Source of the DNA: a virus
Lineage: Duplodnaviria > Caudoviricetes
Strand: one strand, 5' to 3'
Length of the DNA: 42,410 nucleotides
IMG/VR virus record: IMGVR_UViG_3300032269_000163
Location: 1-42,410 of that record
In this document: piece after piece, positions 1 through 9,803 of the stretch
Layout: every line of letters begins with the position of its first letter
Position numbering within the stretch: the stretch's first letter is position 1
Notes under the pieces: model-generated
The model's input: only the letters and a program-made list of their open reading frames with translations
What the model was told of the DNA's origin: nothing
Database searches by the model: none
Translations under genes and position numbers: made by a program

Positions 1-134
1 TCACCGTTCTCACAGCGAGTGCCATCAAAGTTGTTACGCATATACACACGGACATTGTGACCATGAGCAGAAGACTTGATAGCCAAGTCCATAGCAAACC
101 CACAGTCAAACTGATCAATGATTAAGAGCTTCAT
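1..134 (-). CDS. N-terminal fragment of a probable PurD-like / ATP-grasp family protein (runs off the window start)
   Basis: ATG at 134 overlaps the TGA of the upstream gene. Translation is MKLLIIDQFDCGFAMDLAIKSSAHGHNVRVYMRNNFDGTRCENG, a Rossmann-like start resembling phage PurD-like proteins from memory. Only 44 codons are visible. Confidence 0.45.
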   Translation of the reverse strand, partial: MKLLIIDQFDCGFAMDLAIKSSAHGHNVRVYMRNNFDGTRCENG

Positions 135-3100
135 GGGTTGTATGTTCCTTTAGCACGTTTGGTGTCACGACTCTTTTTAGCTTTAGCTTCAAGCTCTTTA
201 GCCCGTTTTTCTCTAGCCAATTCTTTTTCAGTTTTAGCTTTGATGTCAAGTTGTCTAGCAAGAAGTTTAGTTGTACCGCCCTCTTCTTCACCAACAGCAG
301 ACATAACAGGAGATACTTGTGGTATTTGTTTTACAGCGTACTCACCTACATCACCAGCAATGTCTTCAAACTCATCGTCTGGGTGGTAAATAGGTTTGCC
401 TGTAAATATTTTTTTGTTGATAGCAAGTTGACCTAGTGTTAACAACACAGGGTTAAAAGTAAACACAGGCCAGACTAAAGCGCTGACATCTTTTTTACCT
501 TCGTATACATCCATACCTGCTTTGAGCAAGTGATATGGACCAGCTCTACGTTGTTCAGCACCTTCACCAAATACGGCTTCAGCCATTTCGTCCATCATAG
601 GATACAAAACTCCCATAGCAACACCAATAGCCAGCATAGAGTCAACGCCTTCTCTAAAGTGAGCACGACCTTCTGGTGTTCTTAAGTTGCGAGGGTCAAC
701 ATCCTTCATGGTATTTACCAATGACTTAACCATGCCATAGTGATACCTAGAGAACAAAGCAATGTTAGGGTTCTTAAGAGTCCAAGCAAGACCACGACTA
801 CCTAACACCTCAGAGGGCATACGATAGTTAGGCATGTGTCTTTCAGCTTCTGCAATAGCGTCTTTTAATTCCATCTTAACGCCAGTGCTTTTCTCTTGCC
901 TAGCCATGATTTCACGAATGTATTGAACGTACATTACATCACGGGTAAACCACATAGCTTTATTAGAAGCGTTAGAAATACCGTTGTACAAATCTCCAAC
1001 AGTAGTGCCAAGTTTCTTAGCTAATTGCTTCATGCTTCTTTGCATCTCAGGAGTCTCAAACATTTGCTTCTGAGCTTCTTTTTGGATAGCTTCAAAGTGT
1101 TTGTTCCTAGGATCAGCACCAAGAATAGAACCACCTTCACGCATAATGTCTCGGTAAAACTGGGTTTGATTACCCACATCTCTCCAAGCCAACCTAGCTG
1201 TGTCAGCAAACGTACCTAACCTACGAGGGTCAACCCAACCAGTAAACCCACGAGCATTCCAAAGGTGCATTACCTCATTGAACATGTGGGGTACAGGGTT
1301 CAACATCATGTTCTTGACAAGGGCATTAGTAGCCTTCATCCACATGGTGTTGTCCCACACCTTAGCAAAGTCATCAATGATTGCTGCTGCTTTAGGGTCA
1401 AAAGCCCACCCACGCAATTCAGGTATCAAACCTATGTTTTCAGGTTGTACATAATGTGGAGGTAAAGTTTTAGGATCTTGATCTGGTCCATGAGCAATTT
1501 GCTTAAACAACTCAGACTGTTTAAGATTATTAAGCAGTTCCAACTCACGAGCCATCTTACGAAGACCCATGTTAGCTAGACGAGCAGATGCCTCTGCATC
1601 ATGCCAATAACGATACGGAGAATGCTGCTCAATGGCTGGTACTTTACCGTCAACTACAGTCAGCTCTTTGCCATCTGTAGAAGTAAAAGTATCACCCCGT
1701 TTAAAGTTTAGATCATCACTAAAACCTATCAAACGCTTTTGACCATCTTTCCATTCAAAGATTTGTGTGCCTTGTTTGATCTCACCTTTAGGTGTAGTAA
1801 CGTCTTTAGGTTGTCTATGAAACTCAATGACACGACCATCATTAGTCTGATATACCTTGCGTTCAATAGCAGCGTTAGCTTGTTCAGCAACTTTGTCCCC
1901 AAAAGACATTTTGTTGGAAAACAATTCTTTAAGAGATTCTTTCCAACCTGGTTTTTCTTTTTCGTTAAACATACGAATACGAGATTGACCTGTAGCAAAC
2001 TCTTCACCTACGTCACCACCCATAGCTCTGATCTTACGAACAAGAGCTATGTCCTCAGCATCAATAGCATCTAAAACTTTACCAAGTTCACCGCTAACTT
2101 TGCCACCATTTTCACGGATTAAAAAAGCAGCTTCACGAAGCTTGTCCATTTCTTCAAGACGTCTAGCAGCTTCTTTGTCCCATTTATAACGTTTTATAGG
2201 GTTAAGAATAGAAGGTCTTTCACCTAAATCACCAATAGAAGTTTTGTTATAACCAACAACATGTTCTGAAAGATCTTTAGTTGCAAATGTATTTACTTTG
2301 TGTAAAGCATCGTCCAGTTCTTTCATGTTATTAGGAACAGGGATAGATCGTTCGTTAAGATCTTTTTGGTAGTCATCAAAGAACTTAACAGCTTCTTCTT
2401 CTCCAAAGCGTTCGTGTATGTCTGTAGCGTGTTTAATCATCTCCTCTTCATTAGGAACAGAACGAGGATCAACTTTTTCAAACGCTTTAGCTACAGGTTC
2501 AGATGTTTTAGCAGCAAGATCTGTTTGTTTTGGATGTGTGCCTTCTTCCCACATTGTTCCATAATTTGGATGATCCATAGGATCATTAACTAAGCCAGCT
2601 ATGTCGTCATAATTTAAACCAAACTCATCAACACCCTGTTGAACATCTTTTTGACTTTTGTTCCAACTGTCAATTTCTTCTTTAGAGTACCCGCGTTTTT
2701 TAGACCACTCTTCTGGAGAAAGCTCACCCATTTGGTTCCACAATTCTTTAGGAACTTTAGTATGTTTTTCATCAAACAAAACTTGTCTTGTGCTTTTAAG
2801 AGTGTTTACTAACCAAGCATTAAAATCTTCTAGCGATTTGCCAGTAGCAGCAACTTTGTCAAGAATTGTTTTGCCCCAAAAATTGTCTTTTAGTAAAGAT
2901 ATTTGATCATCACTAATGGGGTGTGTATCACTGTTTGGATAATCTTTTTTAACAAGCTCATCAGGTGCGCTAGGTGTTTTAACTTCTCCTTTAGGAACAC
3001 CAGCAGGTTGATCTTCTGTAACAGCAAAACGTTCGTCACCAGCTTTACGGAGATCACCACTATGCAGCCCAGGTAATTCACCAGGAGGGTTTTCTAACAC

Positions 3101-4069
3101 GTGGTCTTCAGGTATTTGACCAGCACGTTTAGCTTGGTCTACAGCAGCTTCACGATCATGGAAGTTACCACGTTCGTCTACAAACCCTTGATCGTGAGTA
3201 TCAATTGTTTCTGCTTTACGTTCGGGGTCATGCTTAGGACCCATGCGTTCTATTTCACCAGTCTTTTTGTTCCTAATAGCAGCTTCTACCAGAGGAGCTT
3301 TAGCATCACGCTTAGCTTTTTCTTCTTTGACCTTGGTTTTAAAAGCATCAACCTGTTCAGGTGTAGCACCAGGAGGAGGTGGTTGAATATCTTTAACAGG
3401 ATCTTTAGGTTTTGTAGGTTCAGGAGTATGCCCCAATACTCTTTCACCAAGTTTAGTAGGCTTAGTAAATGCACCAGCAGCAGCATCAATAGCCATAGAC
3501 TTAGGATCAAGTACAGGTTGGCCTTCAACAGCACGTTGACCCATACCAATACCAGTCATAACACCAGAGCCTACAGCAGCCTCTTTAAGAGTTTCAGGTA
3601 ATCCTGGACGCATAAACGGACCAACAGAACTACCAGTAAGTGAGCCAGCTAGAGAGTAGCCTGGGTATTGTTGACGTTGTTGTTCTCGTGTACCAACAAT
3701 GTCTGTACCAAACACTTTGTCAAACACACCTTCAAGACTAGTAATGCCTTCATGAGCAAGGTAACCACCTATTACTCCACCAACAATACCTGTAACAGGT
3801 TTAGCCCACACAGGTTGAGGGATAGCCATACCAGCTCTAGCACCAACTAAAGCACCAGGGGTAGCACCCATACTCTCTAAATAAGAAGCCGTAAAAGCAC
3901 CAGCACCTGTAACACGCTCTTCTTGTTTCTTAGTGTAGTCACCAACTGACTTCTCTAAGACACCTTGTTTAGTAGCAGGTTTGGCTTCTACAGGTTGTTT
4001 ATACTGTTCCCAAGGTTTACTTGTTGGTTCAGTAGCAGGTTGTTGGTACTGCTCCCACGGGCCAGCCAT
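131..4069 (-). CDS. Large internal virion / DNA ejection protein (~1312 aa)
   Basis: Last and largest of three genes after the tail hub. Start moved to the ATG at 4069 (TAATG overlap with the upstream stop, GGAG RBS). Two N-terminal PWEQY repeats and a Gly/Ala-rich hydrophobic segment. Confidence 0.7.
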   Translation of the reverse strand: MAGPWEQYQQPATEPTSKPWEQYKQPVEAKPATKQGVLEKSVGDYTKKQEERVTGAGAFTASYLESMGATPGALVGARAGMAIPQPVWAKPVTGIVGGVIGGYLAHEGITSLEGVFDKVFGTDIVGTREQQRQQYPGYSLAGSLTGSSVGPFMRPGLPETLKEAAVGSGVMTGIGMGQRAVEGQPVLDPKSMAIDAAAGAFTKPTKLGERVLGHTPEPTKPKDPVKDIQPPPPGATPEQVDAFKTKVKEEKAKRDAKAPLVEAAIRNKKTGEIERMGPKHDPERKAETIDTHDQGFVDERGNFHDREAAVDQAKRAGQIPEDHVLENPPGELPGLHSGDLRKAGDERFAVTEDQPAGVPKGEVKTPSAPDELVKKDYPNSDTHPISDDQISLLKDNFWGKTILDKVAATGKSLEDFNAWLVNTLKSTRQVLFDEKHTKVPKELWNQMGELSPEEWSKKRGYSKEEIDSWNKSQKDVQQGVDEFGLNYDDIAGLVNDPMDHPNYGTMWEEGTHPKQTDLAAKTSEPVAKAFEKVDPRSVPNEEEMIKHATDIHERFGEEEAVKFFDDYQKDLNERSIPVPNNMKELDDALHKVNTFATKDLSEHVVGYNKTSIGDLGERPSILNPIKRYKWDKEAARRLEEMDKLREAAFLIRENGGKVSGELGKVLDAIDAEDIALVRKIRAMGGDVGEEFATGQSRIRMFNEKEKPGWKESLKELFSNKMSFGDKVAEQANAAIERKVYQTNDGRVIEFHRQPKDVTTPKGEIKQGTQIFEWKDGQKRLIGFSDDLNFKRGDTFTSTDGKELTVVDGKVPAIEQHSPYRYWHDAEASARLANMGLRKMARELELLNNLKQSELFKQIAHGPDQDPKTLPPHYVQPENIGLIPELRGWAFDPKAAAIIDDFAKVWDNTMWMKATNALVKNMMLNPVPHMFNEVMHLWNARGFTGWVDPRRLGTFADTARLAWRDVGNQTQFYRDIMREGGSILGADPRNKHFEAIQKEAQKQMFETPEMQRSMKQLAKKLGTTVGDLYNGISNASNKAMWFTRDVMYVQYIREIMARQEKSTGVKMELKDAIAEAERHMPNYRMPSEVLGSRGLAWTLKNPNIALFSRYHYGMVKSLVNTMKDVDPRNLRTPEGRAHFREGVDSMLAIGVAMGVLYPMMDEMAEAVFGEGAEQRRAGPYHLLKAGMDVYEGKKDVSALVWPVFTFNPVLLTLGQLAINKKIFTGKPIYHPDDEFEDIAGDVGEYAVKQIPQVSPVMSAVGEEEGGTTKLLARQLDIKAKTEKELAREKRAKELEAKAKKSRDTKRAKGTYNP

Positions 4070-5538
4070 TATTGTTTCTCCCAAGAACTAGGATTAGCTG
4101 GATCCCCGCCTTTGTATTTATAACCATTCTGTATAGTACCTACTTTAGGTGCAGCAGGTTTGTTACTAGGAACATCTTTAGCAGGAGCAGGAGCTGCTTT
4201 AACAGGTGGTGGTTCTTTATCCAAAGGAGGTGTATCTACAACAGCTAAACGTTGCTTTAGCTTAGTAAGGATCTGTTCTTTCCTAGGGAAGTCAGGAGCA
4301 TTCTCAAAGGTTTCAATTTCTCTTTGAGTCTGTTGTTTTCTAAAGTCATTTAGTTTGTTAACAGCAGCAGTATAAGCTTTGGTACGCTTGTCTTCTTTGT
4401 ATGCTTTGGGTTCATACCAAGATGCTGTCTTAGATTCAGTCATAAGTTTTTCAGCAGCGTTAACCTGCTCTTGCAAAACTTGCTCTTGTTTTTCACCAGA
4501 TTTAATAATTTTATCGTGTTCCCTAATATAAAAAGCAGCATCTTTGACGTCTGTTTTTTTATCAGCACGAGTAGTTTTACCAGTCTCACGAAGGTTTTCT
4601 ATTTCTTTTTTATGTTTAGCTTTTAAATTTTCAAGCTCTGTTTTGTCAACAGTTTGTTGTTTAAGCTTCTCCATTTCACCTTCATGTTTTTTCTCAAGCT
4701 TTTTTATGTCTTGATTAAACTTTGTTTCAAGTTCTTTTTCTCTAGCAGTAATTTTTTCAGTAGCAATTTTTTCAGCAGATGCAGTGGTCATTGCTTTAAG
4801 GTTTTGAGCAGCAGCTTCTTTGTTGTTTTCAATATCCAATCTGTTTTTAGTAATAAGCTTAGTCTTTTCCAACTCAACAGCTTTTAACTGTTCAGTTAGT
4901 TGGCCTTTAGCATTTAAAAACAATCTGTCAACAATCTGTTTCTTTTGTTCACCAGTAGCTTTAGCCCAATTTTCTGGACCAACTTGTTTTGTAATTAGAT
5001 TTTTAGTTTCTTCAGGAAGGCGATTAAAGTATTCTTCAACCTGTTCATTAGGCACAGCATCTAAAACTACAGCAGCTTTAGCTATAGTCTCACTGTTTTG
5101 TGCAAACTGTTTTGTTTGAGCAGCAAGTTCTTGGGCTTGAATCTTCTCTGCTCTTTCGTACAGTTTGGCTCCTTCTTCAGTTAAGCCAGCGTGCATCTTT
5201 AGAGAAGCAGCTTTTTTAGTAACATCTAAGTCACTAGCTTTTTTACCTTCATCTGATTGCAACCATTGTTGTAATTGAGCAGTAGACTCTTTGTCTCGTG
5301 TGTACTGTATATCTGTAGCAAGCTTTTGAAGACGAGCTGTTTGCAAACGCATCTGCTCTTCTTCTGCCTTAGCAGCCATCATCTCAGGAGCATATTGCTT
5401 AGCAAGACGATTCTCTTGGATCTTACGTTCAGCAGCAGTTTGAGTAAGGTCTTTTACATACGGAGCTTCAGCTACGTTTCTTTGCAACTGCTCAACAGCA
5501 CTACTGCCAGCAGCTAGGTCGGACATCATGTATGGCAT
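4069..5538 (-). CDS. Internal virion / ejection protein, coiled-coil
   Basis: 489 aa, Lys/Glu/Gln-rich and helical. C-terminus is KVGTIQNGYKYKGGDPANPSSWEKQ. Lies in the ejection-gene cluster. Confidence 0.6.
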   Translation of the reverse strand: MPYMMSDLAAGSSAVEQLQRNVAEAPYVKDLTQTAAERKIQENRLAKQYAPEMMAAKAEEEQMRLQTARLQKLATDIQYTRDKESTAQLQQWLQSDEGKKASDLDVTKKAASLKMHAGLTEEGAKLYERAEKIQAQELAAQTKQFAQNSETIAKAAVVLDAVPNEQVEEYFNRLPEETKNLITKQVGPENWAKATGEQKKQIVDRLFLNAKGQLTEQLKAVELEKTKLITKNRLDIENNKEAAAQNLKAMTTASAEKIATEKITAREKELETKFNQDIKKLEKKHEGEMEKLKQQTVDKTELENLKAKHKKEIENLRETGKTTRADKKTDVKDAAFYIREHDKIIKSGEKQEQVLQEQVNAAEKLMTESKTASWYEPKAYKEDKRTKAYTAAVNKLNDFRKQQTQREIETFENAPDFPRKEQILTKLKQRLAVVDTPPLDKEPPPVKAAPAPAKDVPSNKPAAPKVGTIQNGYKYKGGDPANPSSWEKQ

Positions 5539-5549
5539 AGTTTTATTCC

Positions 5550-6119
5550 TTAATAATCATAAATAGCTGAGCCACCAGATGTAAATTCATTTCCCATACT
5601 ATCAAAACGATTACCACCAGAACCACCGGATTTATACAAAGCTCCAGCACCTTGAAGAATGCCACCAACACCTTGAATTTGAGCTTGTTGTGTTTGGTTA
5701 GCAGCATCTATACCAGCCATACCGCCTTGAGCAGGAGCATAGCCAGCACCAGAGCCAGTAGCAAGACGGTTCATGTAGTCAGTCATAAAGCCATAGTAAC
5801 CTTGTTGAGCAGTGTTTTGAAGAGCTATTTGTTCGTTACCAGACCTCATCATTCCAGATGCAGCAGCACTCCGTTTAGAAGCTTCTAAAGAAGGATCCAT
5901 AACACCTGATTTAAATTGGCTATACCCAGGCATCTTAGTGATGTCTGTCTCAGCACCTGGTTGCAACATACCAGAATACATTTCTCCAAGTTTGGCTCGG
6001 TAAGGAGCAAAAGGATCTACAGCTTGTTGAGCTTGTGATTGAGCTTGTCCAGGACTAGAAGTAAGAGATTTTACTCCTACTGCAATACCTACTACTGATG
6101 CTGTTACTGCGGCTGACAT
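5550..6119 (-). CDS. Small DNA transfer / ejection protein (P22 gp7-like position)
   Basis: Start placed at MSAAVT (6119). Hydrophobic Ala/Gly N-terminus, PGYSQF motif, Gln/Gly-rich C-terminus. Confidence 0.6.
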   Translation of the reverse strand: MSAAVTASVVGIAVGVKSLTSSPGQAQSQAQQAVDPFAPYRAKLGEMYSGMLQPGAETDITKMPGYSQFKSGVMDPSLEASKRSAAASGMMRSGNEQIALQNTAQQGYYGFMTDYMNRLATGSGAGYAPAQGGMAGIDAANQTQQAQIQGVGGILQGAGALYKSGGSGGNRFDSMGNEFTSGGSAIYDY

Positions 6120-6997
6120 AACAATGTTCCTTTCCAAATACCGTTTAATTGCATTACTTGTCGGTAATCAAGAGTTATTTCTTCTCCAAGATCACCACCA
6201 GCCATGCCAGATATGTCTCGTATTGCTACTAGGAACATATCCCCAAAATCATTTTTAATAGCTATTGCATTAGGATTCTTAGAATGGTTAACTAGATACC
6301 CCGCAGGAGTTCTAAGACCACTAAGTCTCATAGGAGCAATGATGCTGTCTTGTTGAATTACAGCAGTAGAGAACATCCCTTTGCCTTGAATAGGAGAGTT
6401 TCCAGCACAGATGCTGTAAGTACCTTCAGGGAAAGAAATGCGATCTTTTTTGTAATTAACCGCTATCTCGATGTCTTCTAGAGTCCAACCAGACTCTTCA
6501 ACCATCTTTAAGAAGTCTTGTCGATCTTCTTCGTGCAAAGGATATTGTTCAAGCAGTTTTTGTTCTTGGTGTTGCTTAAAAATATCTGGGGACTTAAACA
6601 GTATTGACTCAAGATATTCAACGTCAGTACTATTTGTTACGTAGATATTTTGCCACACAACATCCTCTAATGTATAGCCTGTTTTGCTTCCAGCCTTGGC
6701 TATAAACATATAAGGAGCTACCAGTGTTTGTACTAATCCTGCTCCATCCACAACACAAATGCTTCCTTTAAGAAGCACGTTCATGTGTTCAGATACGTGC
6801 TCTTGACCAACAATAAGAGTACCTTTGGGGTAATGGGCTTCCCTAATATACAGACCCCCACCAAACCTATGGATAACAGAATTAGGAGCTTGTTCGTTTT
6901 CTAAAAGAACTTTGGTTAACTCTAGTTTGCTTTCGTCAGTACGTATGTCAAATCCTTCTTTAACAACAACCGAGTTAACAGCTTCTTCAAGAATCAT
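6104..6997 (-). CDS. Cupin-like domain fused to a C-terminal SET-domain methyltransferase
   Basis: N-terminal HRFGGGLYIRE..PKGTLIVGQEHVSEHMN is cupin-like. C-terminal SPIQGKGMFS, LVNHSKNPN and GEEITLDY match the SET signatures GxG, NHSxxPN and ELxxDY. Confidence 0.8.
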   Translation of the reverse strand: MILEEAVNSVVVKEGFDIRTDESKLELTKVLLENEQAPNSVIHRFGGGLYIREAHYPKGTLIVGQEHVSEHMNVLLKGSICVVDGAGLVQTLVAPYMFIAKAGSKTGYTLEDVVWQNIYVTNSTDVEYLESILFKSPDIFKQHQEQKLLEQYPLHEEDRQDFLKMVEESGWTLEDIEIAVNYKKDRISFPEGTYSICAGNSPIQGKGMFSTAVIQQDSIIAPMRLSGLRTPAGYLVNHSKNPNAIAIKNDFGDMFLVAIRDISGMAGGDLGEEITLDYRQVMQLNGIWKGTLLCQPQ

Positions 6998-8463
6998 TTT
7001 CTATACCTTCCACCGCCAACACCTTGTTCTTGATCCATCTCACCAATCCTAAAATCTATCTCAGCCCCATCAAGTCTAAGTGGACAGTTGCTTGTAGACA
7101 AAAACTCCCAAGCCCTACGTCTATCAGCACCACCTAAATAAAGTTGAGATCTAGAAGCATTCAAGTCAACAGACCTATAGCTAGACCAAGTGTTGTAATC
7201 ATCCCCAGAATGACGTACTTGCAAGGTCCCAGGTGTCTTGTCACCAACAATCTCAAGTCTTCCATAGAACTTACGCTTAGTAGTCCCGTTGTCTGCAATG
7301 TCAGTAACAGTACGACAGTAGATAGGTTGGTTGTTATCCCTGTACGTATTCACATCAAAATAATACAGGGTAGCTGTATCGTCATCTAATGTGTAGGCTG
7401 TACCATTCAATGCAGCAAAAAATGCTGGACGAAAGTAAGACTCTTGGTACGTACCAGGGTTAGGTTGATCACTGCTTTGAATAGAGAACTGAGTCCATGA
7501 ATACCAAGTCTTCTCATTTAAGTCATACACCAAAGTCTTTTGGGTGTTATGCAATGTCAAGATGTACAGGGTATGTCCATTTATGGTGTAGCAGTAAGCA
7601 GTCACCTGACCTAGGTTATCAGCCTCTAAATGACGGTCTACAGCCGATGTAGAGACACGTATGGGGGATACCCCATCCATAAGGTACACAGAACGGCTAT
7701 TGGTCTTTGTAGACCCTACCCACAACACCGTGTTACTAGTAGCAACAATACTATCCCCACTAGCACAACCAACCTCAGAAGTGTAGGTAGAAGCTACAGC
7801 CAAAGGAGAACCAGTTGGGTTAGCAGCATCGTAATAAAACTGAGTGCTAACAGCACCAAAAGCTATTAAATAGTTTAAGTGTTTAGCAATACCAACCAAA
7901 GTGTCAGTAGTCTGTTCAAAGCTTAGGTAACTAAGAGCATCCCAAGTAGTTGGGTCACCAACGTTAGAGTTGTATATGCGGTTGTTAGTAGTAGCAATAA
8001 ACAGGTAGTTGTCTAAATACACAACCCCAGACACATACGGTCCTGAAGGTAACGTAGTCATAGACACAGATGAACCAGATTGGTTATACAAGTACCCGTC
8101 TACTTTGTTGTGAAAAAACAAATAGGTGTCAAGGAACGTCTTAACAAAATAACTTTGACTAGTTGAAGAAGACGTAGTACCCAAGGTACTTACAGCATAA
8201 GAAGAGCTAGGATTGACTTGGTAGATGGTGTTATTAATAACAGCTACAAGCTTGTTGTTAAACGCAGCTAACCCTTGGCTAGGTGTGTATGCAGGAGGTG
8301 TAACAGATACGATCTGTTTAGCAGCTACAAGCCCAGGACGTTTAATGAACTCACGCTTCTGATCTCTTGTTTCAAAGAAACAATTAGATGAATAAGAGTC
8401 CTTAGCAAAACTACCCGTCCTGCTTTCAATAGGTTGGGTAAGCGGTATACGTTCTGTAGCCAT
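6994..8463 (-). CDS. Tail hub / packaged-DNA stabilisation protein (P22 gp10-like)
   Basis: 489 aa, beta-rich. C-terminal HSGDDYNTWS..LG..RRRAWEF pattern. Follows the head-tail adaptor. Confidence 0.7.
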   Translation of the reverse strand: MATERIPLTQPIESRTGSFAKDSYSSNCFFETRDQKREFIKRPGLVAAKQIVSVTPPAYTPSQGLAAFNNKLVAVINNTIYQVNPSSSYAVSTLGTTSSSTSQSYFVKTFLDTYLFFHNKVDGYLYNQSGSSVSMTTLPSGPYVSGVVYLDNYLFIATTNNRIYNSNVGDPTTWDALSYLSFEQTTDTLVGIAKHLNYLIAFGAVSTQFYYDAANPTGSPLAVASTYTSEVGCASGDSIVATSNTVLWVGSTKTNSRSVYLMDGVSPIRVSTSAVDRHLEADNLGQVTAYCYTINGHTLYILTLHNTQKTLVYDLNEKTWYSWTQFSIQSSDQPNPGTYQESYFRPAFFAALNGTAYTLDDDTATLYYFDVNTYRDNNQPIYCRTVTDIADNGTTKRKFYGRLEIVGDKTPGTLQVRHSGDDYNTWSSYRSVDLNASRSQLYLGGADRRRAWEFLSTSNCPLRLDGAEIDFRIGEMDQEQGVGGGRYRK

Positions 8464-8465
8464 GC

Positions 8466-9230
8466 TTACCGTCCATAAGAGTTGTTAGAAGTAGATCTAA
8501 AGTCAGGTTGAAAGAATGTGCTGGATACTTCAACGTTCCAATCATCCAGTTGAGTCTTGTATGCTTGTGCTCTTGTAGCAATCTCTTGCCTAGCATTCAT
8601 AGGAACACCATACTCTAAAGCTAACTGGTCAGCTAAGTTCCATACCAAACAGTTCATCCACTCATTAGGGAAGTCAGGTATGTCAGTAGCTAACGTCATG
8701 TCATTTAAAGGCATTTGAGCAACTACGTGTAGCTCAAGGTTAGCTTCAGAATAAGCATCAGGTGTTAGGTACACATACAGAATACCGTTAGTCTTTTTGC
8801 TATCGTAAAAGATTGTGTTAGCAGTACCAGTAGAAAACTTAGAACCCAAGACGTTGTACTCTTGCTTAGAGACAATCATCACAGGCGTATCTATAACTGG
8901 AGTGCTGCTAGTTTTACGGTAAAACCCTTGGATAATCTTAAGAGGTCTATCTGTAATAGCTACAGTAAGTGCTAACGTGTCATACATTAAATCACAACCA
9001 CTACCACCCAATGTATAACTTGTTTGATTAGCAAACAAAGGGATAATTAACTCAGATGTTTTCCACAACTTAAGACCATCAGTGTTAAGTTGTTTGACAA
9101 GTAAATTGAGAGACATATTGGCATTGGCAATAGTCTCAGCATCAGGTGTACTACCAACCTCAAGCGTCCCTAACTTTCTTAAAGCTAAAGAAATGATTTG
9201 GTCACGATTGATGGTGTAGTTAGACGACAT
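8466..9230 (-). CDS. Head-tail adaptor / tail tubular protein (P22 gp4-like)
   Basis: IISLALRKLG N-terminal helix and PDFPNEW..CLVWNLA..LALEYG C-terminal motif; gene order agrees. Confidence 0.7.
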   Translation of the reverse strand: MSSNYTINRDQIISLALRKLGTLEVGSTPDAETIANANMSLNLLVKQLNTDGLKLWKTSELIIPLFANQTSYTLGGSGCDLMYDTLALTVAITDRPLKIIQGFYRKTSSTPVIDTPVMIVSKQEYNVLGSKFSTGTANTIFYDSKKTNGILYVYLTPDAYSEANLELHVVAQMPLNDMTLATDIPDFPNEWMNCLVWNLADQLALEYGVPMNARQEIATRAQAYKTQLDDWNVEVSSTFFQPDFRSTSNNSYGR

Positions 9231-9236
9231 GATTGT

Positions 9237-9401
9237 TTACTGTGTTGGTTGAGTTACTACAGTTTCAGCAGCTTGTTGGTCTGCTAATTCAGCAGCCTGT
9301 TGAGCCGCCACTGCCGCATCGTATGCAGCTTGTTCTTCAGGTGTGTACTCAATGACTTTGGTTTCACCTGTTTGAACATTCATTTCAATTCTGTGTGTCA
9401 T
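9237..9401 (-). CDS. Small tail-fibre-associated protein
   Basis: MTHRIEMNVQTGETKVIEYTPEEQAA..., start at 9401, at the end of the fibre cassette. Confidence 0.55.
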   Translation of the reverse strand: MTHRIEMNVQTGETKVIEYTPEEQAAYDAAVAAQQAAELADQQAAETVVTQPTQ

Positions 9402-9411
9402 GGTGTTTACC

Positions 9412-9801
9412 TTATCTGAAAATAGCAACTGAAATGTAAGTTGCGTCAGTTGCTGCGCCAGAAGAAGAATTGTTTACAGAAAATCTAAGTGCTGATGCTG
9501 TAGGGGCAACTCCCGCTGTACTACCAATAACAGTTACAAGTGAAGTTGTTGAAAGACCAACGCTAATCAAAGAAACATAATTTGCATCTGTCATAGGAGT
9601 TGTAAAAGTAACTGTGTAATCTCCCACTGAGTTTCTTACAACAGTAGCATTACCTGAACCACGCACTGTTGCTGTTGTAACGCCGTTAAAGTTTATCCAT
9701 GCTCGACATGAGTAGTTAATACCATCTACGTTTGTAGATGGATTTACAACCCCTCCCGCATTGGTTGTTATACCTGCTGATCCATCAATTACTGTTGTCA
9801 T
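9412..9801 (-). CDS. Small tail fibre / spike-like protein
   Basis: 129 aa, Thr/Ser/Gly-rich; CRAWINFNG..GDYTVTFTTPMTDANY motif. Confidence 0.6.
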   Translation of the reverse strand: MTTVIDGSAGITTNAGGVVNPSTNVDGINYSCRAWINFNGVTTATVRGSGNATVVRNSVGDYTVTFTTPMTDANYVSLISVGLSTTSLVTVIGSTAGVAPTASALRFSVNNSSSGAATDATYISVAIFR

Positions 9802-9803
9802 GA

